Of a DNA stretch of 64,000 nucleotides, positions 49,511-58,667 are shown in pieces. The notes under the pieces are model-generated. The model worked only from the letters and a program-made list of their open reading frames with translations, was not told the origin of the DNA and did no database searches. Source of the stretch: Bacteroidales bacterium (GTDB taxonomy: Bacteria; Bacteroidota; Bacteroidia; Bacteroidales; UBA1556); the NCBI GenBank assembly GCA_023146135.1, contig JAGLCR010000019.1, positions 7,529 to 71,528 on the forward strand, written 5' to 3'. Position numbers and translations under genes: made by a program. The stretch's first letter is position 1, and every line of letters starts with the position of its first letter.

Positions 49511-52471
49511 CTACTCCACTTCTATTTCGTCAACAAATATCCAAGCTTGACCACCTGCGCCTAAATGCCAGTTTGGGATCGTTCCATAATTTTGCGCTAC
49601 AATTTTCACATAACGACCATAGACAGCTGAAAGATTAAGGGTAAATAAGCGACTAATCGTTTGATATTCATCGTCTGGCAATGTGTTTTTAAGCACTCCA
49701 ACACTTCTAAAGTTCTGCCCATCATCCGACACAAAATACTCCACCTGTTTGGGCATCCATATCCATGAGCGAATAGATTGAAGATAAGCCGTAGAAATAG
49801 TTTTAATCTTTTGCGATTTGCCTAAATCCAAAATAGCGATAAAATCTTGAGCTTCATAACCCTGCCAAGTACCATCACGAAAGTCGCTGCCTCCATGAAT
49901 AAAATCTATTAATCCATTTTTTCCTCCTGCAGTGTATTGGTTGTTATATTTAGAAATTAATTTCAACTTAAATCTTTGATCAATTTTTACAAAACTACTT
50001 TCTACAATTTTAGACGCAGGCAAATCATCCATAAAAGAAATCAGCCTTACAGTGTTCGATTCATAAATATAAAACGCTCCAGTATATTCTATAGCACTTT
50101 CATCAGGCTCATTACCATCAATAGTGTAAAAAACTTTCGCATCAGGGTTGGGCGAACCCAATTCAATTTTCAAAGAATCACTGAAAGTTTTTGATTTAGC
50201 AATCACAAAAGGTACACTCTGTATAAGATTATCTGTAATAGTAGATTTTGGCCTACTAGCTTCCATAGAAGCCCACTCCTTATTAGGTTTTGGCCCCATC
50301 TTAAAAATCAATTCACCACCATTCATTATATCATTTTGCGTGATATATGATTTGTCATATTCATTTCCATTTAACCATGCTTTTTGAATGTAGAAATTAG
50401 TTGCAGAAACCTCTTTTGCCTTCACTACAAACTGATTTCTATTCTCTAGATTAAGCGTTACTTTTTCAAATAATGGAGTACCAAAAATATAGTCTACACT
50501 TCCAGGTGTAACCGAATAAAAACCCATAGCACTTAATACATACCAAGCAGACATTTGACCACAATCTTCATTACCACTTAGCCCATCGGGTTGTGTAGTA
50601 TACAACTCATCCATAATACGATGAAGTACTTCTTGACTTTTCCAAGCCTGGCCAGCATAATTATATAAATATGCCATATGGTGACTAGGTTCGTTTCCAT
50701 GAGCATACTGACCAATAAGCCCGGTAATATCAGATTGGTGACGTCCTAAAGTCTCTGTAGAGGCAGTGAATAAGGAATCTAATTTCGCAACAAAACCTTC
50801 ATCACCTCCATGTAGCTCAATAAGCCCATTCACATCTTGCGGCACAAAAAAGCTGTACTGCCATGAATTGGCCTCCGTAAAATTAAAATCCACTTCACGT
50901 GGGTCGAAAGGAGCTTTCCAAATATTATCCTTTTTTGGACGCATAAAACCCGTTTCGGCGTCATATATATTTTTATACGATTGGGCTCTTATTATATATC
51001 GCCTATAGTCATCTTCTTCACCCAAATCTTTTGCCATTTGAGCTATACACCAATCGTCATATGCATATTCTAAGGTTTTTGACACACAATCTGGCTCATC
51101 ATTTATGGCTATAAAACCATTTTTTTTATAAGCATCTAATCCCAAATGAGATTGATCAGCACTATGTTTCATTGCTCGATATACCTTTTTAATATCATAA
51201 TCACGTATCCCTTTGAAATAGGCGTCCACAATAACTGGTATGGAATGATAACCGATCATACAGCCTGTATAATTACCAGCTAATTCCCACACAGGTAACT
51301 GCCCACCATCTTCGTATTGCTGAATAAAGGTTTTAATAAAATCAGCGGTTCGTTTTTGTTGAGTAAGAGTAAACAAAGGATGGGTTGCTCTAAAAGTATC
51401 CCATAAAGAGAATACAGTAAAATAGTCAAATCCTTTTGACTGATGTATTTTCATATCAGTCCCTCTATACTTGCCATCCACATCCATAAATAAGTTTGGA
51501 TTCAAATAAGCATGATAAAGCGAAGTATAAAATACTTCCTTCTGACTTTGTGTTCCTCCTTCAATTTCAATTTTAGCTAATTCATTATTCCATTTTTCCT
51601 GCGATGCCGTTTTTACTTTATCGAAATCCCAATTAGGATTTTCAGCTTCTAAATTTTTTCGAGCGCCTTCAACACTTACCGCTGAAATACCCACTTTCAT
51701 TACAAGCTCATCAACAGATCCAAAACTAAATATTGTTTTTAAATTTTTCCCGCTTGCATCTGTAATTCCCTCTTTAAGAGTGTCATTTGTGATAATATGA
51801 GCTGACTGAAAAGGTTTTGAAAATTGAGCTACAAAATAAACATATTGATTTTGCGCCCATGCTCTCGAGCGTCGCATTCCAACAACTTCCTTATTTCCAT
51901 TCAATTTTACAAACGATTCCAAAACAATATCTCTATGTTTCAAATCCAAAATAACATGAGCCTCCTCTCCCTGAGGAAAGCTATAACGATGCATACCTGT
52001 TCGCTCTGTGGCAGTTAACTCTACCTTTACTTGGTAACGCTCTAATAAAACTTCATAAAATCCAGGTTCAGCACGTTCATTTTCATGGCTAAACTCTGAT
52101 TCATAACCGTAATCCACTTCCCCACTGCTAAACTTATAGTCGCTAGTGGTTGGCATAAATAAAATATCACCATAATCAGATATACCCGTACCACTTAGAT
52201 GGGTATGACTAAATCCATAAACCACAGAATCCGAATAATGATAAGCCGAGCAACCATCCCAGCCCGTAAGTCTTGAATCGGGGCTCAATTGCACCATTCC
52301 GAAGGGAGCACTTGCTCCAGGATAAGTATGTCCATGCCCTCCTGTTCCTACAAAAGGGTTTACATATTCAATGGGATTATTAGATTGCTTTATTTCTTTA
52401 TTACATGAAAATAAAAGGAGTGTTGAGCTTAAATAGATAAGGCTTAGTACTAAATAAATATTTCGTTTCAT
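49511..52471 (-). CDS. GH92 alpha-mannosidase lipoprotein with C-terminal Fn3-like and F5/8-type domains
   Basis: YVNPFVGT..GHTYPGA..PFGMVQLSPD, FSLWDTFRA, TLEYAYDD, HGNEPSHH, GNEDCGQMSAW; lipobox LFSC; ends FVDEIEVE. Confidence 0.93.
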   Translation of the reverse strand: MKRNIYLVLSLIYLSSTLLLFSCNKEIKQSNNPIEYVNPFVGTGGHGHTYPGASAPFGMVQLSPDSRLTGWDGCSAYHYSDSVVYGFSHTHLSGTGISDYGDILFMPTTSDYKFSSGEVDYGYESEFSHENERAEPGFYEVLLERYQVKVELTATERTGMHRYSFPQGEEAHVILDLKHRDIVLESFVKLNGNKEVVGMRRSRAWAQNQYVYFVAQFSKPFQSAHIITNDTLKEGITDASGKNLKTIFSFGSVDELVMKVGISAVSVEGARKNLEAENPNWDFDKVKTASQEKWNNELAKIEIEGGTQSQKEVFYTSLYHAYLNPNLFMDVDGKYRGTDMKIHQSKGFDYFTVFSLWDTFRATHPLFTLTQQKRTADFIKTFIQQYEDGGQLPVWELAGNYTGCMIGYHSIPVIVDAYFKGIRDYDIKKVYRAMKHSADQSHLGLDAYKKNGFIAINDEPDCVSKTLEYAYDDWCIAQMAKDLGEEDDYRRYIIRAQSYKNIYDAETGFMRPKKDNIWKAPFDPREVDFNFTEANSWQYSFFVPQDVNGLIELHGGDEGFVAKLDSLFTASTETLGRHQSDITGLIGQYAHGNEPSHHMAYLYNYAGQAWKSQEVLHRIMDELYTTQPDGLSGNEDCGQMSAWYVLSAMGFYSVTPGSVDYIFGTPLFEKVTLNLENRNQFVVKAKEVSATNFYIQKAWLNGNEYDKSYITQNDIMNGGELIFKMGPKPNKEWASMEASRPKSTITDNLIQSVPFVIAKSKTFSDSLKIELGSPNPDAKVFYTIDGNEPDESAIEYTGAFYIYESNTVRLISFMDDLPASKIVESSFVKIDQRFKLKLISKYNNQYTAGGKNGLIDFIHGGSDFRDGTWQGYEAQDFIAILDLGKSQKIKTISTAYLQSIRSWIWMPKQVEYFVSDDGQNFRSVGVLKNTLPDDEYQTISRLFTLNLSAVYGRYVKIVAQNYGTIPNWHLGAGGQAWIFVDEIEVE

Positions 52472-52681
52472 AGGGCGTGTAACTGGGTGATTTTTATAAG
52501 TAGTAAAAATAGAAAAAAACGCATGTCACTGAACAAGAAAAAGCCATCAAATAAATTTACAAAGGTGTTTCTACCGCAAACCCAAAAACTATCATTGTTG
52601 AGAATACGATTAAAAAAAGTAAATTCATCATTTATGACTTAATCCTATTTCCCTATCTTCGCTTTCCAATAATCTACTGTA

Positions 52682-53143
52682 ATGATAAAGCTCAATTTAC
52701 CTGAATATCAATTCCGTTTACGCAAAAATGACAATGCGAAAACAGAAATTTTTGATAGCATTCGTAAGCGACACTATGTGTTAACTCCCGAAGAATGGGT
52801 ACGTCAAAATTTTATGCAATATTTGATACAGGAAAAAAACTATCCTGCAAGCTTAATGGCTATCGAAAAAGGGCTTAAGCTAAATGGGATGCAAAAGCGA
52901 ACTGATATTGTACAATATAATAAACTAGGAAATCCTGTTTTGATAGTGGAATGCAAAGCCCCTGAAATAAAGCTTAAGCAAGACACTTTTGATCAAGCGG
53001 CACGTTATAATTTGACATTGCATGTAGACTATTTAATAATAACCAATGGGATGGAGCATTTTGCTTGCAAAATGGATTACAAAAATAATCGAATAGTTTT
53101 TCTGAAAGAAATACCAACATTTGACCAAATAAACAATGGATAA
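52682..53143 (+). CDS. Stand-alone HsdR N-terminal-like (HSDR_N_2) domain protein
   Basis: IFDSIRKR..LTPEEWVRQ, RTDIV, IVECKAP, Q..RYN, ITNG. Confidence 0.85.
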   Translation: MIKLNLPEYQFRLRKNDNAKTEIFDSIRKRHYVLTPEEWVRQNFMQYLIQEKNYPASLMAIEKGLKLNGMQKRTDIVQYNKLGNPVLIVECKAPEIKLKQDTFDQAARYNLTLHVDYLIITNGMEHFACKMDYKNNRIVFLKEIPTFDQINNG

Positions 53144-54191
53144 ACTCAGCTTGCTAAAAAAGATGCTTCCGGGCTTGCTTCCCATTCTAATTTTCATAAT
53201 TGCCGATGAAATATGGGGAACAACAATTGGCATTTACACCGCTGTAGGAGTAGGGATAATCCAACTTGTTTTCATTGGCATAAAAGAAGGTAGGCTAGAG
53301 CGTTTTGTACTTGTCGACACAGCACTTATTATTGGAATGGGTGGCATTTCTCTTATTCTTCATGACGATATATTTTTCAAGCTAAAACCTGCAATCATTG
53401 AATCCATACTGGCGGTAGTTTTAGGTATATCTGCCTTTTCAAGTAAAAATATACTGATGAAAATGAGTGAGCGATATATGAAGGATCTCGTTTTGCACGA
53501 AAAACAAATTTTGCAGATGAAACAACAAGTGCGCGAACTGTTTTATATTGTTGTTTTACACATTATTATGGTTATCTATAGCGCCTATTTCTTGTCAAAT
53601 GAGGCATGGGCTTTTGTGAGTACTGCACTATTTTATATAATATTTGGTCTTTACTTTGGTTTTGTTTTTCTGAGACAATACCTTAATAATAGAAATACAG
53701 AATGGCTTCCTGTTGTGGACAAAGAAGGCAATGTGATAGGCAAAGCCACCCGCGATGAATGTCACCGAAATCCTGAATTGATTTACCCTGTTATTCGTAT
53801 GCATTTGATTAATAATAGTGGTCAAATATTATTGCAAAAACGAAGTCTTAAATCAGATATTGAAGCAGGGAAATGGGATGCCGCAGTGGCAGGTCACATA
53901 AAACATGGTGAAGATATTGAACAAGCTGTTATTCGAGAATCGCAAGAAGAGATTAATTTCAAACCTGATTTTTTGGATTTACTGGAGAAACGTATTTTCA
54001 AAGCGCCCAATTCTACTGCCTTAATGTTTATATTCATTACTCAAACAGATAAAAACATTGAAGCCAATAAAAAAGAAGTTGAAGATGCACGATTTTTCAC
54101 TTTTGAGCAAATGATGGAGCTTAAAAAGGAGAAAACAACCTCCATGGGGCTTAATCAAGAAATTGAAATCCTTCGTGGAATACTAAGCTAA
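53136..54191 (+). CDS. YciB/IspZ-like membrane domain fused to a NUDIX hydrolase domain
   Basis: N-terminal about 5-6 TM with LHDDIFFKLKPAI (YciB-type motif); C-terminal Nudix box GHIKHGEDIEQAVIRESQEEI. Confidence 0.75.
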   Translation: MDKLSLLKKMLPGLLPILIFIIADEIWGTTIGIYTAVGVGIIQLVFIGIKEGRLERFVLVDTALIIGMGGISLILHDDIFFKLKPAIIESILAVVLGISAFSSKNILMKMSERYMKDLVLHEKQILQMKQQVRELFYIVVLHIIMVIYSAYFLSNEAWAFVSTALFYIIFGLYFGFVFLRQYLNNRNTEWLPVVDKEGNVIGKATRDECHRNPELIYPVIRMHLINNSGQILLQKRSLKSDIEAGKWDAAVAGHIKHGEDIEQAVIRESQEEINFKPDFLDLLEKRIFKAPNSTALMFIFITQTDKNIEANKKEVEDARFFTFEQMMELKKEKTTSMGLNQEIEILRGILS

Positions 54192-54218
54192 TAGAAGTAA
54201 TAAACAAGAAAAATATAC

Positions 54219-55172
54219 ATGATAACACCCACAAAAAAATCCATAGAACAAGCACATATACGAATCGAAAAGCATATTCATCGCACTCCGATAATGAGCT
54301 CTCAGCAACTGGACAAGTTATTTGCTTGCAATATGTTTTTTAAGTGTGAGAATTTTCAAAAAGTTGGAGCTTTTAAATCAAGAGGGGCCGTAAATGCAGT
54401 ATTTTCTCTTGATGAAAAACAACTTCAAAATGGAGTTTGCACTCACTCTTCGGGAAATCATGCACAAGCATTGTCTCGCGCTGCTCAAATAAAAAATGTA
54501 GCTGCCTATATTGTAATGCCCAAGAATGCACCAAAAGTAAAAGTGAATGCCGTAAAAGACTATGGAGGAATTATTCATTTTTGCGAAGCTAATCTTGAAG
54601 CTCGTGAATCGGAATTGAAAAAGGTAATTTCAAAAACAAAAGCCACAGAAATTCATCCATACGACAATTATAAAATAATTGAAGGTCAGGCAACAGCCAC
54701 TAAAGAACTGCTTAGCGATTTGGACAATCTTGACTATATCATTGCTCCTGTAGGTGGTGGAGGATTACTAGCAGGTACTGCTTTGGCAAATCACTATTTT
54801 GGCAATAATGCCAAGGTAATTGCTGCAGAACCAAAAAATGCAGATGATGCTTTTCATTCATTCAAAGCAGGATATATTATTCCTTCAGAAGACCCAAACA
54901 CCATTGCCGATGGACTTCTTACATCGCTAGGCGAGCGAAACTTTCCTATTATCAGAGAGCATGTTTCACAAATTATTACAGTAAATGAAAGAAGTATAAA
55001 AACAGCAATGCATCTCATCTGGGAGCGCATGAAAATTATCATAGAACCATCATCAGCAGTGGTGCTTGCAGCCATTATTGAGAATCAAGAGTTTTTTAAA
55101 AATAAAAAAATAGCTCTGATTTTAAGCGGTGGAAATGTTGATTTGGAAAACATCCATGAGATTCTATTTTAG
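54219..55172 (+). CDS. PLP-dependent serine/threonine dehydratase or serine racemase family enzyme
   Basis: KCENFQKVGAFKSRGA (PLP Lys), SSGNHAQ, PVGGGGL, TIADGL, EPSSA, LSGGN; no ACT domain. Confidence 0.9.
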   Translation: MITPTKKSIEQAHIRIEKHIHRTPIMSSQQLDKLFACNMFFKCENFQKVGAFKSRGAVNAVFSLDEKQLQNGVCTHSSGNHAQALSRAAQIKNVAAYIVMPKNAPKVKVNAVKDYGGIIHFCEANLEARESELKKVISKTKATEIHPYDNYKIIEGQATATKELLSDLDNLDYIIAPVGGGGLLAGTALANHYFGNNAKVIAAEPKNADDAFHSFKAGYIIPSEDPNTIADGLLTSLGERNFPIIREHVSQIITVNERSIKTAMHLIWERMKIIIEPSSAVVLAAIIENQEFFKNKKIALILSGGNVDLENIHEILF

Positions 55173-55195
55173 CATTATCCCAAGCGCATTTTTGC

Positions 55196-55203
55196 TACCT
55201 TTG
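55196..55203 (+). promoter_or_regulatory. -7 box (TACCTTTG) for the methyltransferase/DnaJ genes
   Basis: TAnnTTTG 19 bp before the ATG. Confidence 0.5.
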
Positions 55204-55222
55204 AAAACTTAACTTAATAATT

Positions 55223-55939
55223 ATGAATAAAAATCTAGGAAGGCTGTATTTACTCCCCACAACGATAAGCAATGGTGATTGGCAAAATACAATCCCACAA
55301 TTTGTGAGAGATAAATCTATTGATTTACAGCATTTTGTTGTGGAAGACATTCGTACTGCTCGACGATACTTACGTCGTATTGGCTCCAAGCAAGATTTCG
55401 ATAGCATGGATTTCTTCATCCTTAATAAACACACACAGGCAATGGATATTCCGAGTTTCATACAGCCCTGTTTGGATGGCTATGATATGGGATTACTCTC
55501 CGAAGCAGGTGTCCCCTGCGTTGCTGATCCTGGAAACGAAGTGGTAATAGCCGCACGTCAAAAGGGTGTTCAGATAATCCCAATGGTGGGTCCATCATCA
55601 ATCATAATGGCTCTCATGGCATCAGGGTTCAATGGTCAAAATTTTGCTTTTATTGGCTACCTTCCCATTGATAAATTTGCGCGAGCAAAGTATTTCAAAC
55701 TGCTTGAAGGAAGAATAAACAACGAAGACCAAACACAGATTTTTATAGAAGCACCATACCGAAACCAGAAGCTACTTGATGAAATGTTAGCTAAACTATC
55801 TCCACAAATAAAGCTCTGTATTGCCAGAGAAATAAGTGGTGAGAAAGAGTTGATTGAGGTTCATACAATTCAAGAATGGAAAAAAAGTCGTAAACCAGAA
55901 ATCCAAAAACAAAACACCATCTTTCTACTTTATAAGTAA
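55223..55939 (+). CDS. RsmI-like tetrapyrrole-methylase-family SAM-dependent methyltransferase
   Basis: LYLLPT, VEDIRTARR, LSEAGVPCVADPG, VGPSSI..ALMASG, FIEAPYRN. Confidence 0.88.
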   Translation: MNKNLGRLYLLPTTISNGDWQNTIPQFVRDKSIDLQHFVVEDIRTARRYLRRIGSKQDFDSMDFFILNKHTQAMDIPSFIQPCLDGYDMGLLSEAGVPCVADPGNEVVIAARQKGVQIIPMVGPSSIIMALMASGFNGQNFAFIGYLPIDKFARAKYFKLLEGRINNEDQTQIFIEAPYRNQKLLDEMLAKLSPQIKLCIAREISGEKELIEVHTIQEWKKSRKPEIQKQNTIFLLYK

Positions 55940-56940
55940 TGACAAGAAGTCAAGCAGCACAGATACTTGGAATTTCACCTTCGGCTACAGAGGGTGTTAT
56001 TAAACGAGCATTTCGCAAGAAAGCCCTCCTGCTCCATCCTGACCATAATAAGACTATAGAAGCACGCTCTCAATTTATTGAAGCCCATGAAGCTTATGAA
56101 TACCTCATTGATATTATTACTGGAAAAATAAGCGAAAAAACAATATATCAAACAGCCAAAAACGAGAGTCATACTTCTTCATCAAAATTTCGGTCGCAAC
56201 ATCACAAACACCGACAATACACTAAGCCATATAGTAATATGAGCCGTGAGGAGTTTGAATCTCGATATGAGAAGGCTCGCAAAGCCGCCGATGCAAACCT
56301 TGAGCGTGAAAGTATAATAATTTATAAAACCGCCTTGCATGAATATCAAAATTCTTGGCGCAAATCATTAGCAAAAATCATGGCTTTTGTGGGAATTACC
56401 CTTGCAGTTTTATTTGTTTTAGACTTCTTTAATGGCACTATTGAACAAAAAATTGCATTGTCCGAAATAGAAATATTTACAGATTATTACGAGGGAAACA
56501 TTTCATACGACATCAAATTTCGAGCACATAAATATCACCTACCAGAGGAACTAAATTACATATATAATTCACAAATAAAAAAAAGAGAATTTGTTATTAA
56601 TGGCGTACTATACCTTATATCAAAAGATAAAACCCCTGCCGATTTTATTGCAAATGATATTATATATAGTTTCAATCAAACTACTATATTCAAGGATATT
56701 ACAAGTATTACTCTTCGAGCAAAAGGAATTGATGAGCAAATAGATAATTATACATCAGCCTATGGCAGCTTTCCTTTTATTCCTATTCTTTTATTGCTTC
56801 CCTTAATTAGCTTTTGGTTTGAAAAACCCACTTTTAACTTTGTATTTTTCTCAGTAAACTACAATATTTATATTTTTCCAATACTAGTGATATTTCTTAT
56901 GTTTCATGATGGTCGTTTATTACGATTATTTGGTCTCTAA
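55939..56940 (+). CDS. Membrane-anchored J-domain (DnaJ-like) protein
   Basis: ILGI..IKRAFRKKA..HPD..F..AYEYL J-domain; one central and two C-terminal TM helices. Confidence 0.8.
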   Translation: MTRSQAAQILGISPSATEGVIKRAFRKKALLLHPDHNKTIEARSQFIEAHEAYEYLIDIITGKISEKTIYQTAKNESHTSSSKFRSQHHKHRQYTKPYSNMSREEFESRYEKARKAADANLERESIIIYKTALHEYQNSWRKSLAKIMAFVGITLAVLFVLDFFNGTIEQKIALSEIEIFTDYYEGNISYDIKFRAHKYHLPEELNYIYNSQIKKREFVINGVLYLISKDKTPADFIANDIIYSFNQTTIFKDITSITLRAKGIDEQIDNYTSAYGSFPFIPILLLLPLISFWFEKPTFNFVFFSVNYNIYIFPILVIFLMFHDGRLLRLFGL

Positions 56941-56950
56941 TTATATTTAC

Positions 56951-56958
56951 TACTTTTG
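56951..56958 (+). promoter_or_regulatory. -7 box (TACTTTTG) for the lipoprotein-crcB unit
   Basis: TAnnTTTG; the ORF track's TTG start lies inside this box. Confidence 0.5.
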
Positions 56959-56979
56959 CCAAACACAATAGAACTTATT

Positions 56980-57654
56980 ATGAAAAATAGCGTCAGCATT
57001 TTATACATCATCGGGGTAAGCATTTTAAGCTTAAACATCATATTGGTTTCTGCTTGTAATAAAGATGTAAAATCTTATGAAATTGCGGGGTCAGTTTTTG
57101 ACCCTCAATTAAGTATAAATGTTACAGGAGCTAAAGTCTCATTAAAAGCAAGCAAGGTGCAATCAGGTGTTTACAACCCTAATTATATTGAAATAAAATC
57201 TTATTCAACCTCAGCCGATGGGAAATTTAATTTCAATATTGAACATGAAAGTGTGTCTGGATATAGACTTGATATTACAAAGAATAATTACTTCGATGCC
57301 TCTGTTAATCTAGCAACTGAAGATGTACAAAACAATAGTGAGACCAATATTAAAGTTGATCTAATTCCCATTGCTGAAATTACTCTTATAGTAAAAAACA
57401 CTACTCCTCAAGGAAATGATGACAAAATTCAATTTCGATTTAGTAATGTAACCGTCAAAGGTAAAAACTGCTGGACAAATGACCCCATAATAGGAAATGG
57501 CCCTTCGTATTCATTAACTAAAACTGGTCAAGTTAGTGGAAATAAAAAGATGTATTTGGAATGGACCGTAACAAAAGGCGGCAATCAACATATCTATAAA
57601 GACACCATTCAATCGGAAGAATTCAATACAAAAACATACAATATTAATTATTAG
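56980..57654 (+). CDS. Hypothetical lipoprotein with carboxypeptidase-regulatory/prealbumin-like beta-sandwich
   Basis: Lipobox LVSAC; IAGSVFD..VTGAKVSL..TSADGKFNF..YRLDITKNNY. Confidence 0.7.
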   Translation: MKNSVSILYIIGVSILSLNIILVSACNKDVKSYEIAGSVFDPQLSINVTGAKVSLKASKVQSGVYNPNYIEIKSYSTSADGKFNFNIEHESVSGYRLDITKNNYFDASVNLATEDVQNNSETNIKVDLIPIAEITLIVKNTTPQGNDDKIQFRFSNVTVKGKNCWTNDPIIGNGPSYSLTKTGQVSGNKKMYLEWTVTKGGNQHIYKDTIQSEEFNTKTYNINY

Positions 57655-57656
57655 TA

Positions 57657-58037
57657 ATGTATAAACTATTTTTAATTGCCCTTGGTGGTGGAATTGGCAG
57701 TATACTACGTTTTATTATTGCTACAGGAGTACATGAGTGGGCAAATAGAGTTTTCTTTTGGGGTACGATTACTGTAAATATTATTGGATCATTTATTATT
57801 GGTATAGCATGGGCACTCTTCGAACAACATATTGAGCAGGAAAACCTACGGCTTTTTGTTATGATTGGCCTACTTGGTGGGTTCACCACATTCTCTTCAT
57901 TTTCGTTGGAGGCTATCTCATTGTTTAAAAATGGAGATATTAAGCTTGCCATAAGTTACATTTTAATAAGTAATATTGGAGGAATAACAGCTGCATTTGG
58001 TAGTTACTACCTTGTCAAATCATTATTCCTTAAATAG
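57657..58037 (+). CDS. crcB: Fluoride channel CrcB/Fluc
   Basis: GGGIGSILRF, GTITVNIIGSF, GLLGGFTTFSSFS.E. Confidence 0.95.
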   Translation: MYKLFLIALGGGIGSILRFIIATGVHEWANRVFFWGTITVNIIGSFIIGIAWALFEQHIEQENLRLFVMIGLLGGFTTFSSFSLEAISLFKNGDIKLAISYILISNIGGITAAFGSYYLVKSLFLK

Positions 58038-58267
58038 CATTTGGTATTGAAATTACACAAATAATCTAGCATAACTGTATATATATACTATTTTTTAATC
58101 TAATCAGCTAATTTTAAGATTCAATAAATAAATAAAACATCAAATTAACAATTATACATAAATTTTTATAGTCCTGCTTTACAGTGCTTTATAAAGACAG
58201 CCTATAGGTATTAGAATAATAATACAAATAAACATCACAAATTTGTGTTATTTGTGTAAAAATGAAC

Positions 58268-58275
58268 TACTTTTG
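58268..58275 (+). promoter_or_regulatory. -7 box (TACTTTTG) for the acylphosphatase pair
   Basis: TAnnTTTG; TTTG at 58242-58245 is a possible -33 element. Confidence 0.5.
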
Positions 58276-58339
58276 CATAGTAAATGTAAAAAAACAGTCT
58301 GTATTTGGAAACAGATTTTTTGTACTAATTAATAAATAA

Positions 58340-58666
58340 ATGAAAAAGCATTTAGACATTTTTATTGAAGGTAAACTGGAGAAAGCAGATTTTAATTTCT
58401 ACTCTCAATCAGCTGCAATAAAATTTAAAGTCAATGCCATCTACAAAAACGGTGACACAAGACACATTGAGATTGAGGTTGAAGGCAATGCTAAAGATGT
58501 TGACAACTATGCAAATTTCATTAAAGAAGGCGCCTTAACTGCTCATATTGAGCTTTTCCGTACCGAAGAAGGAACGTTTAAGAATATTGAAGGCTTTACC
58601 TCCTTAAAGGTTCATAAAGAAAAATATGCACGAATAAAGAGTTTACTAAAAAGGTATCGAAGATAA
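58340..58666 (+). CDS. Acylphosphatase-fold protein with degenerate active site
   Basis: Aligns by eye to the downstream AcyP (IEGKLEKADFNFYSQ vs ITGRVQQVGFRFYTQ; YKN vs VQN; IEIEVEG; GFTS). Confidence 0.65.
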   Translation: MKKHLDIFIEGKLEKADFNFYSQSAAIKFKVNAIYKNGDTRHIEIEVEGNAKDVDNYANFIKEGALTAHIELFRTEEGTFKNIEGFTSLKVHKEKYARIKSLLKRYRR

Positions 58667-58667
58667 A

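Noticed and set aside
52682-53143. Type I restriction-modification system
   Set aside because: Only a 153-aa HsdR-N-like domain; no helicase, HsdM or HsdS; such solo genes are common in Bacteroidota
57600-57660. Fluoride riboswitch upstream of crcB
   Set aside because: crcB starts 2 bp after the previous stop; no room for the motif and none seen
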